The notes under the pieces are model-generated. The model saw only the letters and a list, made by a program, of their open reading frames with translations, had not been told where the DNA came from and did not search any database. Positions 17,718-27,497 of a stretch of 64,000 nt of DNA are shown here, piece after piece. Both the position numbers and the translations under genes were made by a program. Positions within the stretch are counted from its first letter, which is position 1; each line of letters begins with the position of its first letter. This DNA is from an uncultured Holophagales bacterium. Lineage in GTDB: Bacteria; Acidobacteriota; Thermoanaerobaculia; Multivoradales; UBA5704. The stretch spans positions 77,993 through 141,992 of the forward strand of contig CAVUHL010000003.1 in assembly GCA_963741305.1 (NCBI GenBank), given 5' to 3'.

Positions 17718-18770
17718 ATGCCCTGTACGTTCATGATCCTCCTCTTCGCCACGGCCGCCGCTGCTTCCACGGTTCCCGCCCAGCTTGACGCGATCCTGAA
17801 GGACTACGGCGCCGATGCGCCGGGGGCCAGCGTGCTCGTGGCGCAGGACGGGAAGATCCTCTACCGCAAGGCATTCGGCCTCGCCAACCTGGAAGAGAGG
17901 ACGCCCATCACCACGGCCACCAACTTCCGGCTGGCGTCGGTCACCAAGCAGTTCACCGCCACGGCCGTGCTCCTCCTGGCCGAGCGAGGAAAGCTGTCGC
18001 TCGAAGATCCACTGTCCCGCTTCTTCCCCGGCTTCGCCAGTACCGCGCACGGGGTCAAGGTGCGCCATCTGCTCGGGCACACCTCGGGGCTCCTCGATTA
18101 CGAGGATCTCATGCCGCCCGGCACCACGGTGCCGCTCAAGGACAAGGACGTGCTCGATCTGGTCGGCAAGCAGGACAGGCTCTACTTCGCGCCGGGCAGC
18201 CAATTCCGCTACAGCAACACGGGCTACGCCCTGCTGGCCCTGATCGTCGAGAAGGCCTCCGGCCGGTCGTTCCCGCAGTTCCTCGAGGAGAACATCTTCG
18301 GCCCACTGGGGATGGCCGGCACCGTTGCCTACGAGGAGGGTATCTCCAAGGTGGAGCGCCGGGCCTATGGGTACAGTGAGAGGGACGGCCGTTTCGAGCG
18401 CACCGACCAGAGCCTCACCAGCTCGGTCCTGGGGGACGGCGGCATCTACTCGTCGGTCGAGGACTTGTGGCTCTGGGACCAGGCCCTGTACGGCACCCGC
18501 CTGCTGCCAGCCGAGGCCCTGGCGATGGCCTTCCAGGCCGGCACGCCCACCTCGGACCAGCCCGGCAGCGGCTACGGCTATGGTTGGTACGTGGCTTCGC
18601 ACAAGGGGACGCGCAAGGTCTGGCACTATGGCGAGACCATCGGGTTCAGCACGTACCTGGCCCGCTACCCGGACAAGCGGCTCACGATCATCATGCTCAC
18701 GAACCGGAACAACAACTTCCTCGGACCGACGGTGGATCGCATTGCCGATGTGATCCTCGCCACGCCGTGA
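17718..18770 (+). CDS. Serine hydrolase, beta-lactamase (class C)/PBP-like fold, full length
   Basis: 350 aa; SVTK (SxxK), YSN, signal-like N-terminus. Intact copy of the two upstream repeats. Confidence 0.8.
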   Translation: MPCTFMILLFATAAAASTVPAQLDAILKDYGADAPGASVLVAQDGKILYRKAFGLANLEERTPITTATNFRLASVTKQFTATAVLLLAERGKLSLEDPLSRFFPGFASTAHGVKVRHLLGHTSGLLDYEDLMPPGTTVPLKDKDVLDLVGKQDRLYFAPGSQFRYSNTGYALLALIVEKASGRSFPQFLEENIFGPLGMAGTVAYEEGISKVERRAYGYSERDGRFERTDQSLTSSVLGDGGIYSSVEDLWLWDQALYGTRLLPAEALAMAFQAGTPTSDQPGSGYGYGWYVASHKGTRKVWHYGETIGFSTYLARYPDKRLTIIMLTNRNNNFLGPTVDRIADVILATP

Positions 18771-20938
18771 TCAGTCTCCGTGGATCGGTGATCGCGGCGG
18801 CGCTTCTGGCGACCGCCTGCGGACGCGACTCCTCACCCGGACCCGGACGCTTCCCGGGCGCGCCGGTGATCGTCATCTCGGTCGATACCTTGCGTGCGGA
18901 CCACCTCCCGGCCTACGGTTACCGCCAGGTCGAAACACCCAATATCGACGGACTGCGGCGCGACTCGGTCCTCTTCGAGCGCGTCTACAGCCATTGCCCG
19001 ATGACGCTTCCTTCGCACGCCTCGATGTTCACCGGATTGCTGCCCACCGAGCACGGCGTGCGGAACAACATCGGCTACCGGTTCGAAGGAGAGAAGCTCA
19101 GAACCCTCGCCGAGGAGCTGCGCGAGCGAGGCTATGCAGCGGGCGCCGCGGTGTCGTCCTACGTTCTGCGCTCCGACACCGGGATCGATGACGGCTTCGA
19201 GCTCTACGAAGATTCTATCGCCGTTGCGACGGCGGGTGCGACGAGCGAGCACCAGCGCTCGGGCACGGAGACGCTGAAGCACGCGCAGGCATGGATTCTG
19301 GGGCACCGCGAGCAGCCTTTCTTTTTCTTCCTCCATCTTTACGAGCCGCACGCCCCCTACGATCCACCCGAGCCGTTCAAGAGCCGCTATCCGTCTGCCT
19401 ATGACGGAGAGATCGCCGCTGCGGATGCCATCGTCGGCGAGTTAATTCGATCGCTCAAGGATTCCGGGCTCTACGATTCCGCGATCATCATCCTCACCTC
19501 GGATCACGGCGAGGGCTTGGGGGACCACGGCGAAGACCAGCATGGGATCCTGCTGTACCGCGAGGCGCTGTGGGTTCCGCTCCTGGTCAAGTTGCCGGGC
19601 TCGCACCAGGCCGATTCGATCAGCCGGCCCACGCCTCTGGCGCATCTTTTCGGCACGGTGCTGCGCCTGGTGGGAATCGACCTGCCTTCGCGCCCGGCTT
19701 CGTGGTTCGATTCTGGAGGCGATTCTGGAGGCGATACTGAAGCCGAGGCCCGTCCCATCTACTCCGAGACGCTCTACCCGCGCATTCACCTCGGCTGGAG
19801 CGAGCTGCGGTCGCTGACCGACGGCCGCTATCACTACATCGAAGGGCCCAGCCCCGAGCTCTACGACCTGGAGAGCGATCCCGGTGAAGCCAAGAATCTG
19901 ATTACGATCGAGCGCCGAGAGGCTTCACGGCTGCGGCGGGAGATGCAGGCGGCTTATCCCGCAACGGCCGCAACGGCCGCAGCGATCGGCGAGATCGACC
20001 CGGAGGAGGCCAGGAACCTGGCGGCTCTGGGATACGTGGGGACGCCGCGCGAGCGTGGTCCGGGGCCGCTGCCGAACCCGCGCGACGAGGTCAAGAACCT
20101 CGCTCGCATCAAGGCGGCGTTCCGCTTCGCGGACGAGCGCCGGTTGGATGAGGCGGCCGCGGCCTTGAGGAGTCTGCTGCAAGAGAACCCCAAGCTCATG
20201 GACGTGTGGTCGAAGCTGGGAGAGGTCCTGGTGGAATCCGGCCGCTACGAGGAAGCGATCGAGGCCTATCGGTCGGCGATCACTCACGCCGAGCGCTTCT
20301 CGCCGGACCTCGCGCTCGCCCTGGGCTTCGCCTATCTCAAGCACGGCGAGGCCGTCACGGCTGCAACGCATGCCCGCCTCGCCCTCAAGACCCATCCCCG
20401 CGAAGCGAACGAGCTCCTCGCCCGGGTCGCGCTCGAAGAGGGACGCTTCGATGCCGCGGAGGAGCACGTGAGGTCCGCCCTTCAGCCCGGCGACAGCCAG
20501 CCGGCGACGTTGCTGTTGCTCGCCGACGTCGAGCGGTCCGTCGGCAAGCTCGAACGAGCGCTGCAGAGCGTCCAGGAGGCGGAGCGGCGCGCGGAGGAGC
20601 TCGGGGTCGGGAAGCTGCAGGGAGCGGACTATCTGCGCGGCGACCTGCTGGCGCGCCTCGACCGGCCGGACGAGGCGGCCACCGCCTACCGGCGTGAGAT
20701 CGCGGCGTTCCCACAGCACCTGCAGGCCTACGCCAATCTGGCGGTAATCCTTATTATCCAGGGCAGGAGCGCGGAGGCGAACGAGCTGCTCGAGCAGATG
20801 GCGCGGAGCAACCCGCACCGAGGGGCGTTTCTCCTGGCGGCGAAAACCCTCGAGGTGTTCGAGGACCGCCAGGGCGCCGCGCGCTGGCGTCAGCGCGCGG
20901 CGCGGCAGGACCCTAGAACCTCGTCACATTCCGAGTGA
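18767..20938 (+). CDS. Sulfatase/alkaline-phosphatase-superfamily hydrolase fused to C-terminal TPR repeats; lipoprotein-like N-terminus
   Basis: GTG start overlapping the hydrolase stop (GTGA). VISVDTLRADHLP, CPMTLPSHAS, TSDHGEGLGDHGE (sulfatase-family metal/active-site motifs). TPR-like repeats from about residue 540. The ORF track start at 18467 is an artefact. Confidence 0.7.
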   Translation: MISLRGSVIAAALLATACGRDSSPGPGRFPGAPVIVISVDTLRADHLPAYGYRQVETPNIDGLRRDSVLFERVYSHCPMTLPSHASMFTGLLPTEHGVRNNIGYRFEGEKLRTLAEELRERGYAAGAAVSSYVLRSDTGIDDGFELYEDSIAVATAGATSEHQRSGTETLKHAQAWILGHREQPFFFFLHLYEPHAPYDPPEPFKSRYPSAYDGEIAAADAIVGELIRSLKDSGLYDSAIIILTSDHGEGLGDHGEDQHGILLYREALWVPLLVKLPGSHQADSISRPTPLAHLFGTVLRLVGIDLPSRPASWFDSGGDSGGDTEAEARPIYSETLYPRIHLGWSELRSLTDGRYHYIEGPSPELYDLESDPGEAKNLITIERREASRLRREMQAAYPATAATAAAIGEIDPEEARNLAALGYVGTPRERGPGPLPNPRDEVKNLARIKAAFRFADERRLDEAAAALRSLLQENPKLMDVWSKLGEVLVESGRYEEAIEAYRSAITHAERFSPDLALALGFAYLKHGEAVTAATHARLALKTHPREANELLARVALEEGRFDAAEEHVRSALQPGDSQPATLLLLADVERSVGKLERALQSVQEAERRAEELGVGKLQGADYLRGDLLARLDRPDEAATAYRREIAAFPQHLQAYANLAVILIIQGRSAEANELLEQMARSNPHRGAFLLAAKTLEVFEDRQGAARWRQRAARQDPRTSSHSE

Positions 20939-20946
20939 TGGATAGC

Positions 20947-21010
20947 GCTTCATGTAGGGGCGGCTCTTGTGGCCGCCCTCCGGAGGGCACCCACAAGAGG
21001 TGCCCCTACA
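20947..21010. repeat. REP-like 58-bp imperfect palindrome between convergent genes (likely bidirectional terminator)
   Basis: tgtaggggcggctcttgtggccgccctccggagggcacccacaagaggtgcccctaca; centre ctccggag. Half copy at 1797-1830. Confidence 0.6.
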
Positions 21011-21050
21011 CACGATCCCATCTTTTCCGGCGTGACAGGGCACTAGAACC

Positions 21051-24035
21051 TCAGAACCTCAAACCGAGCGAGAGGCGGTAGGTGCGGGGGAGCTGGTAGG
21101 CGTCCGCCGCCGTGGGCTTCCCGAAGTTGGGCCCCTTCCGCCAGTGCACGCCCTCCTGCGGCACCTCGCCGGCCAGCGGGTTGAAGGGCAGGCAGCGTTC
21201 GTTCGTGCCCGTCTGGAGACACGCTGCCTGGCGGCGGGTGAGCACGGTCTTGTCGATGAAGTCCGGGTCTTCCAGTCCCTGCTGGTTGAACAGGTTCAGG
21301 ATGTCGCCTTCGACGAAGAAGCGCACGCCGCGCAGCGGCGGCGCATACCAGTTCACCCCCAGGTCGGTCGAGGTGATGTTGTCGAGGCGGAACCCGCCCC
21401 GGTCACTGAAGTAGTAGCTCACCGAGGAAGGCGGGGTCACGTAGCCGGGGTTCACCACGCCGTTGGCGGGCCCCGTCGACGTTCCGCGCCGCACGTCGAT
21501 CAAGCTGATGGCTGAGTAGGGCAACGCCGAGTGATACCGCTCCAGCAGCGTGAGGTTGAAGTCCCCCACCGGTGTCGGCAAATCGTATTGCAACCAGATG
21601 TTGGCGCGGTGGCGCATGTCCGGACCGACAAAGCCGACCGGGTTGTTCTGCTCGAAATCCTGGTACTCGGGCCGGTTGATGAAGGGGTCATTGTCCACGC
21701 TGGTGGCGAAGTTCGGAGTCTCTCCCTCGACGTTGCCGCGCAGCTTCGACCAGGTGTAATTGCCGCCAGCCGAGAGCCGTTTCAGGGGGCGGTAGCGGCC
21801 CTGAAGCTGGACCGCCTGGTAGTCGCGGCTCAGGTTGTCATCGCTGTTCTCGATCACTCCCTGGTCGAACTGATCTCCGTTCGGGTCCGTCGCCTTGCCG
21901 GTCAGCAGGTTCCGCCGCACGACGTAGAAGTCTCCCCAGGTCCGGTCGATGTAATCGGCGCGCAAATAGCCGCCTCCCCCGAACGTCATGGCGTAGCCCA
22001 GGGTGTATTCATCCATGAACGGCGCCGCGAGCGGCCCCTCGAAACGCAGGGTGACTCCAGGGATGTGGGCACCGGTGAGGAGATTCGGGTCCCGGTTCGA
22101 CGTGCCGCCGAGGTTGTTGAACCAGTTGAAGACCTGGCGGATGACCTCGGCGGTCGGCAGGAGCTGGTCGCGCGGCGTTCCTGGCGCGTTGATGGCCGGG
22201 CCCCTGTAATCCCAGTAATAGGAGGCATAGCGGCCCGCGGTGGCGGTGTTGTCGGCAGGCCCTTGATCGACCTTCGAGACGTAGCGGCCATAGGTGGCGC
22301 TGAAGCTGTGCTTGCCGTTGCCGTGCAGGTCGTAGCGTGCCGCCAGGCGCGGGCTGAAAGCGCTGTCGTCGACGGTCTTGTTCCCGGCCTGATCGGTGCC
22401 GAACGAGTCGTCGTAGCGGACTCCGACGTTGAAGCTCCAGCGGTCGTTCAGCTCCCACTTGTCGTTGACGAACCACGAGCGCGTGGCGAAGTCGGAAGTG
22501 CTCGACAGCGCGGGAACGGGATCCCACTCGATCTCGCTGGAGTCCGGATCGACGCCGAAGAAGACGTCCTGTCCGAAATAGATGAAGTTGCCGTGGATGC
22601 GAAGGTCGCTGCCGGACTGGAAGTTGTTCTCGTTGCGCTTCTGGTGGAACTCCTCGAAGCCTCCGACGAGGCTGTGGTTGCCGGTCGCCCGGGTGCTGAG
22701 GAAATAGGACGCCTTTCCCAGCCAGCTCTCATTGTTCCGCTCCTTGAACCCGCACGGTTTGCCGCAGAAGGTCGGTGACCACCCCCGCTGGCCGGTGTTG
22801 GCGTCGAGCAGCAAAGTGCCCTCGATCAAGTCGCGGGTGTTGGCCCCGAGGGAGAACGCGTGCTCCATCTCACTGTATTGGCCCTCCACGAGGAAACGGT
22901 CCGTGAAGATACCCTGGTAATGAAGGGAACGGAGCTCCCGGAGGTCGTCGCGGAAAGAGAGGCTGCGCAGGTCGACGACGCGGCCGGAGGTGACGAAGTT
23001 TTGCCGCTCCAGATCGCTGTCGATGTAGGACGCGACGAGCGAGTGCTGGTTCGTGATCTGCCCGGTGAGCTTGCCTTCGATCCGCCGGTCGTCCCGCGTG
23101 GTGTCGTAGGGGATGGCGGTGTCGAAAGTCTGGGCACCGGTCTCACGGTCTTCCGAGCGCGCGGCCGCGAAAAACCAGAGGCGGTCGCGGAGGATACGCC
23201 CGCCCAGGGTTGCTTCATAGACGCTGTTGGTGCCGTCGATGGGGTCGAGCTGGGCGGGGAAGTCAGACTTTTTCGTCCAGTCGTCGTTGGTCAACGAATC
23301 GCGGAGCGACCCCGAGAACTCGTTGCCTCCCGATTTGGTCACGGTGCTGACCACGCCCCCGGTGAAGCGGCCGAACTCCGCCGAGACCCCGCCGGTGAGG
23401 ACCGTGGTCTCCTGGACCGCGTCCTCGATGTAGAGCGGGTTCGGTTGTCCGCGGACGTTCTCGTTCACCACCACGCCGTTCACCAGGAAGAGGCTCTCGA
23501 AGGACATCGATCCCGAGATCGTGATCTGGTCGTTCGGCCCCGCTTCCGTCACTCCCGGCGAGAGAGCCACGATGTCGTCGATCGTCCGGCCGGTGGGGAG
23601 CTGATTGATGGTCTCGACGTCGAAGCTCGACGAGATCTCGGTCATTTCGACCGCCGCCGGCGGCGACGACGTGACCGTGATCTCTTCGGCCAGGCTGGTG
23701 AGGGTCATCTCGGCGTCGGCGCGGGCCGTCTGGCTGAGGCCGACGACGGCGCTCTTCTCGATTCCGTGCATGCCCTCGAGATCGAAGGCCACCGTGTAGT
23801 CGCCGGGGGGAAGGGCGGGGAAGTGGTAGCCGCCGCCGTCGCCGGTCACCGCCGTCCGGCTCCCCTGCAGGGCGGGGGACGTGACAGTGACCGTGACTCC
23901 CGGCAGCGGTTCGCCGTCGGACGTGACGGTGCCGGCAAGGGTGCCCGTGGTTGACTGCGCGGCGAGCGCGGCTGCACACAAGAGCATGGCGATCACAAGG
24001 GCGTTTCGAAGGGCCAAGCGCATGAGCACCTCCAC
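21051..24035 (-). CDS. TonB-dependent receptor with N-terminal carboxypeptidase-regulatory-like domain (Acidobacteria-type, about 1000 aa)
   Basis: Signal peptide; CarbopepD_reg-like N-terminus (GTVTSDGEPLPGVTVTVTS...GGYHFPALPPGDY); plug-like region; C-terminal beta-barrel ending YRLSLGLRF. Confidence 0.8.
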   Translation of the reverse strand: MEVLMRLALRNALVIAMLLCAAALAAQSTTGTLAGTVTSDGEPLPGVTVTVTSPALQGSRTAVTGDGGGYHFPALPPGDYTVAFDLEGMHGIEKSAVVGLSQTARADAEMTLTSLAEEITVTSSPPAAVEMTEISSSFDVETINQLPTGRTIDDIVALSPGVTEAGPNDQITISGSMSFESLFLVNGVVVNENVRGQPNPLYIEDAVQETTVLTGGVSAEFGRFTGGVVSTVTKSGGNEFSGSLRDSLTNDDWTKKSDFPAQLDPIDGTNSVYEATLGGRILRDRLWFFAAARSEDRETGAQTFDTAIPYDTTRDDRRIEGKLTGQITNQHSLVASYIDSDLERQNFVTSGRVVDLRSLSFRDDLRELRSLHYQGIFTDRFLVEGQYSEMEHAFSLGANTRDLIEGTLLLDANTGQRGWSPTFCGKPCGFKERNNESWLGKASYFLSTRATGNHSLVGGFEEFHQKRNENNFQSGSDLRIHGNFIYFGQDVFFGVDPDSSEIEWDPVPALSSTSDFATRSWFVNDKWELNDRWSFNVGVRYDDSFGTDQAGNKTVDDSAFSPRLAARYDLHGNGKHSFSATYGRYVSKVDQGPADNTATAGRYASYYWDYRGPAINAPGTPRDQLLPTAEVIRQVFNWFNNLGGTSNRDPNLLTGAHIPGVTLRFEGPLAAPFMDEYTLGYAMTFGGGGYLRADYIDRTWGDFYVVRRNLLTGKATDPNGDQFDQGVIENSDDNLSRDYQAVQLQGRYRPLKRLSAGGNYTWSKLRGNVEGETPNFATSVDNDPFINRPEYQDFEQNNPVGFVGPDMRHRANIWLQYDLPTPVGDFNLTLLERYHSALPYSAISLIDVRRGTSTGPANGVVNPGYVTPPSSVSYYFSDRGGFRLDNITSTDLGVNWYAPPLRGVRFFVEGDILNLFNQQGLEDPDFIDKTVLTRRQAACLQTGTNERCLPFNPLAGEVPQEGVHWRKGPNFGKPTAADAYQLPRTYRLSLGLRF

Positions 24036-24126
24036 CTGCTGAAGCGATTATAGATATGGTGAGATGAGCCAACGGCTGCCGGGATCGTACCACGATCCAA
24101 AGACCCGAAGGAAGGCGTCTCGTTGG

Positions 24127-25113
24127 TCAGAGCCGTGGAAGCTGGAGCCGGGCGCGCGTCCCGCCGAGCGGCGAGGCCTCCAGCGTGACAGAACCACCGT
24201 ACAACTCGGCGAGGTCGCTGACGATCGCGAGGCCGAGCCCTGATCCCCCGACCTGCTGGTCGGCCCGCACTCCTCGCTGCAGCACCTGAGCGCGCATGGA
24301 TGGATCGAGGCCCGGCCCATCGTCATCCACCGAGATCGAGAGTTGCTCGTGATCGATAGCTGACGAAATGGCGACTCGGGAGCGCGCCCACTTGCACGCG
24401 TTGTCGAGCAGGTTCCCCAGCATCTCGTCGAGGTCTTCCCGGCGGCCCGGGATCTCGTGCGCCGGCGAAACATCGGCGTCGATCCTCAGCTCGCGTTCCG
24501 CGTGCAGGCGCTGCATCGTGCGCACGAGGCCTTCGACGGACGGAAGGACAGCGCACCGCACTCCCAGCGCTGCACGCGCCGATGCGGTCGCACGGGCTCG
24601 AGCCAGGTGATAGTCGACCTGCCGCTGCATCCGCTCGACCAGCTGGCGGAGAGTCGCCGCGAGCTCGTGATGGCCCGCGGCGCCGGCCTGTTCTGCCTCC
24701 TGCGCGAGCACCGCGAGCGGCGTCTTCAATCCGTGCGCGAGGTCTCCGGCCGTGGCGAGGGCTCGGGCGACCGCGCGCTCACGGTCCTCGAGCAGCCCAT
24801 TCAGCTCGTTCACGAGCGGCTGCACTTCGCTCGGATGGTCGCCTTCGATTCGCTGGCTGCGTCCCTCGCGCACCGAAGACAGGCTGGCGTGAAGGCTCCA
24901 CAACGGCGCCACCGCTCTTCGCACGAGGATCAAGCCCCCCACGACGAAGGCTATGGCGAAGACTCCCATCACGGCGTGATACGTCTCACCGTGCAACCCG
25001 AGCTCCGGATGATTCCGGGCGAGCTTGAGCAGAAGGGCAGTGACCGTGACAAACACCGCGGTCATCCAGACGAGCGCTCCGGCGAAGAGGCGCGCGCGGA
25101 GAGAGCCCTTCAC
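24127..25113 (-). CDS. Two-component sensor histidine kinase
   Basis: N-terminal TM, HAMP-like, H-box AHGLKTPLAVL, HATPase motifs (NLLDNACKW, DDGPGL, GSGLGLAIV). Confidence 0.85.
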   Translation of the reverse strand: MKGSLRARLFAGALVWMTAVFVTVTALLLKLARNHPELGLHGETYHAVMGVFAIAFVVGGLILVRRAVAPLWSLHASLSSVREGRSQRIEGDHPSEVQPLVNELNGLLEDRERAVARALATAGDLAHGLKTPLAVLAQEAEQAGAAGHHELAATLRQLVERMQRQVDYHLARARATASARAALGVRCAVLPSVEGLVRTMQRLHAERELRIDADVSPAHEIPGRREDLDEMLGNLLDNACKWARSRVAISSAIDHEQLSISVDDDGPGLDPSMRAQVLQRGVRADQQVGGSGLGLAIVSDLAELYGGSVTLEASPLGGTRARLQLPRL

Positions 25114-25772
25114 GGCTCCGTCCCGATGCGGTATCCGAGTCCGCGCACGGTCTCGATCGTCGAGGCGCCGAGCTTCCGGCGGAGGCGCGCGATGAACACT
25201 TCGACGGTGTTCGAGTCGCGGTCGAACGTCTGCGCGTAGATGTGCTCGGTCAGCTCGGACTGCGAAACGACGCGGCCGCGATGGTGCATGAGGTACGAGA
25301 GCACGCGAAGCTCATGACTGGTCAGCTTCACCGGCTGCCCAGCGAGGGTGACCTGCGACGTCCTCGGGTCCAGCACCACGGCGCCGTGCCGCAGCTCGGG
25401 CGTGAGCTGTCCGCTCGACCGCCGGATCAGGGCGCGCAACCGCGCCAGCAGCTCCTCCATCTGGAATGGCTTGGTGAGGTAGTCGTCCGCGCCGCCGTCG
25501 ATGCCGCGTACTTTCTCGCTCCAGCTTCCGCGGGCGGTGAGGACCAGCACCGGCACGCCGATCCCGTCGGCGCGCCAGCGCTCGAGCAGCGTCAACCCGT
25601 CGACACGCGGCAACCCGAGATCGAGGATGACCGCGTCGTAGGGCTCGGTGCTGGCGAGGAAGTCGCCGCGCTCTCCGTCCCTGGCAGTATCGACCACATA
25701 GCCGCGTTCGCCGAGTGTGGCGGCGAGCCGGTTGGCCAGCAGAGGCTCGTCTTCGACGATCAGGATTCTCAT
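25110..25772 (-). CDS. OmpR-family response regulator
   Basis: Receiver (MRILIVEDEP...DAVILDLGLP) plus winged-helix trans_reg_C (LTSHELRVLSYLMHH...VRGLGYR); 4-nt overlap with the kinase gene. Confidence 0.9.
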   Translation of the reverse strand: MRILIVEDEPLLANRLAATLGERGYVVDTARDGERGDFLASTEPYDAVILDLGLPRVDGLTLLERWRADGIGVPVLVLTARGSWSEKVRGIDGGADDYLTKPFQMEELLARLRALIRRSSGQLTPELRHGAVVLDPRTSQVTLAGQPVKLTSHELRVLSYLMHHRGRVVSQSELTEHIYAQTFDRDSNTVEVFIARLRRKLGASTIETVRGLGYRIGTEP

Positions 25773-25897
25773 TCTCGACCGCGGTCATTATATGCGGCCG
25801 CGCCGGCTGAACGGCGGCTGAACAGGACGTTCAGCATCCGTTCAGCAAGCCTCGCTAGAATGACAGCATCAAACGAAGCCTTCACGGAGGTACCACC

Positions 25898-26617
25898 ATG
25901 CAACTGCTCCTACCGATCCACATTGCCGCGGGCGCGCTCGCCATCGTTCTCGGCGCCGTCGCCCTGGCCGTGAAGAAAGGCGGGAACATCCACCGCCGCA
26001 GCGGGATGCTGTTCGTCTACGCGATGCTCGTCATGGGCTTCAGCGCCTCGATCCTGGGGTTTCTCAAGAGTCCCACCGACGGGAATGTATTCACCGGCCT
26101 CATGACGGCCTACTTTGTCGGCACGGCGTTGACGACTGTCCGTCCCGTGTCGCCATGGACCCGCCGCATCGATTTCGCTGCGCTGACGGTCGTCGTCGTG
26201 CTCGCGCTCGGCTCCATCGTGAGCGGAATGAAGGCCATCCAAGACCCTGGCCTTTCCCCTGGCGGCGTCCCGTTTCGCACGATCGGCGTGATGTCCTTCG
26301 TCCTCGCCACCGTCATGAGCCTGGCGGCGATCGGCGACGTGCGCATCCTGCGGTCCGGCATGCCTCGCGGCGGGCCGCGTCTGGCACGACATCTGTGGCG
26401 CATGTGCTTCGCGCTGTTCATCGCAGCCGGATCGTTCTTCTCGATCCGCGAGCGCGTCGAAAAAATCCTCCCGGAGCCATTCACGAGCGGGCAGATGCGC
26501 GCGCTGCCCATCCTGCTGTTGTTTGGCGCGATGTTCTATTGGTTGTGGAGGGTTCGCTCCCGCCGCACGTTGCCAGTCCTCGTCCGACACGATTCGATCA
26601 AGGAGAACATCCAATGA
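25898..26617 (+). CDS. Hypothetical polytopic membrane protein
   Basis: 239 aa, about 6 TM segments; divergent from the TCS. Confidence 0.5.
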   Translation: MQLLLPIHIAAGALAIVLGAVALAVKKGGNIHRRSGMLFVYAMLVMGFSASILGFLKSPTDGNVFTGLMTAYFVGTALTTVRPVSPWTRRIDFAALTVVVVLALGSIVSGMKAIQDPGLSPGGVPFRTIGVMSFVLATVMSLAAIGDVRILRSGMPRGGPRLARHLWRMCFALFIAAGSFFSIRERVEKILPEPFTSGQMRALPILLLFGAMFYWLWRVRSRRTLPVLVRHDSIKENIQ

Positions 26618-27018
26618 AACGCAATGTCCTGTTGACCATCACGTCTCTACTCTCGATCCTCTTCACGGCATTCCACATCACGGACGACATCGTCTACAAG
26701 ATCTCCCCGGGAGGGCTCTCGAACCTCGTTGTCGTGGCCTTCGTGGTCGTCTGGCTGTACGCAATGTTCGTGCTCGCCGAGGGGCGATCGGGGTATGTCA
26801 TCGTCATCCTGCTGTCGTTCCTTGCGTCGGCTGTCCCCATCCTCCACATGAATGGAAAGTCGGGCATTACCGCCGGGATCTCCAGCCGCAGCGGAGCCTT
26901 CTTCTTCGCCTGGACGCTCCTCGCGCTCGAGGTGACCGCGGTCTTCTCCCTCATCCTCTCGGCGCGCGGGCTGTGGAGCCTGCGGCGGGGCCCAAAGAAG
27001 GTGCTTGGCGAGAGTTGA
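26614..27018 (+). CDS. Hypothetical small membrane protein
   Basis: MKRNVLLTITSLLSILFTAFHI... 4 TM; start overlaps the previous stop (ATGA). The ORF track's 26155 start is in-frame read-through. Confidence 0.45.
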   Translation: MKRNVLLTITSLLSILFTAFHITDDIVYKISPGGLSNLVVVAFVVVWLYAMFVLAEGRSGYVIVILLSFLASAVPILHMNGKSGITAGISSRSGAFFFAWTLLALEVTAVFSLILSARGLWSLRRGPKKVLGES

Positions 27019-27065
27019 AGAGGCACGTATAGTCCTCAGCTCCACCTTTGACGAAGGGGGGTTGA

Positions 27066-27497
27066 ATGCCCACGGACCGGATGTCCCGCTTCGAGGTTTT
27101 CATAGGCACTTGGAACACCACCGGCGAAGTCCTTGCAATCGATGGCGCCGAGGCTACCGTGCTGTCAGCCACGGACACCTACCGCTGGCTTCCGGGTAGG
27201 CAATTCATTGTGCATGACGTGGATGCCCGCTTCGGGCAGGCCGTTTCCCGCTCCATGGAAGTCATGGGCTACGACAAAGAGGCAAAGAAGTATTTCGCGC
27301 GGTCCTACGATGATCAAGGCGTGTCGGAAGTGTTCGACGTCAATCTGAGGGGGAAGAAATGGACTATCTCCGGTGCGGTCGTTCGTTTCAATGGTGGGTT
27401 CGACGCCCGAGGCGATAGGCTTACCGGGTTGTGGGAGATGAAGAGCAAGAAGGGCGGCTGGCAACCATGGATAAAGTTGCAGTTGGTGCGGGCGTGA
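27066..27497 (+). CDS. DUF1579-like (lipocalin-like) protein
   Basis: FEVFIGTWNTTGEV pattern (FxxGxWxxxG). Confidence 0.5.
   Translation: MPTDRMSRFEVFIGTWNTTGEVLAIDGAEATVLSATDTYRWLPGRQFIVHDVDARFGQAVSRSMEVMGYDKEAKKYFARSYDDQGVSEVFDVNLRGKKWTISGAVVRFNGGFDARGDRLTGLWEMKSKKGGWQPWIKLQLVRA

Noticed and set aside
17594-17788. Small ORFs (17594-17788, 12443-12898 tail) sharing the peptide ...RRWHALYVHDPPLRHGRRCFHGSRPA
   Set aside because: This is an alternate-frame translation of the duplicated serine-hydrolase 5' DNA (the repeat), not an independent conserved peptide.
21531-23954. Long plus-strand ORFs (415 aa, 364 aa) and the minus alt-frame ORF 23263-24093 inside the TonB-dependent receptor gene
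   Set aside because: Antisense or alternate-frame GC artefacts. The 994-aa receptor ORF has coherent domain architecture.
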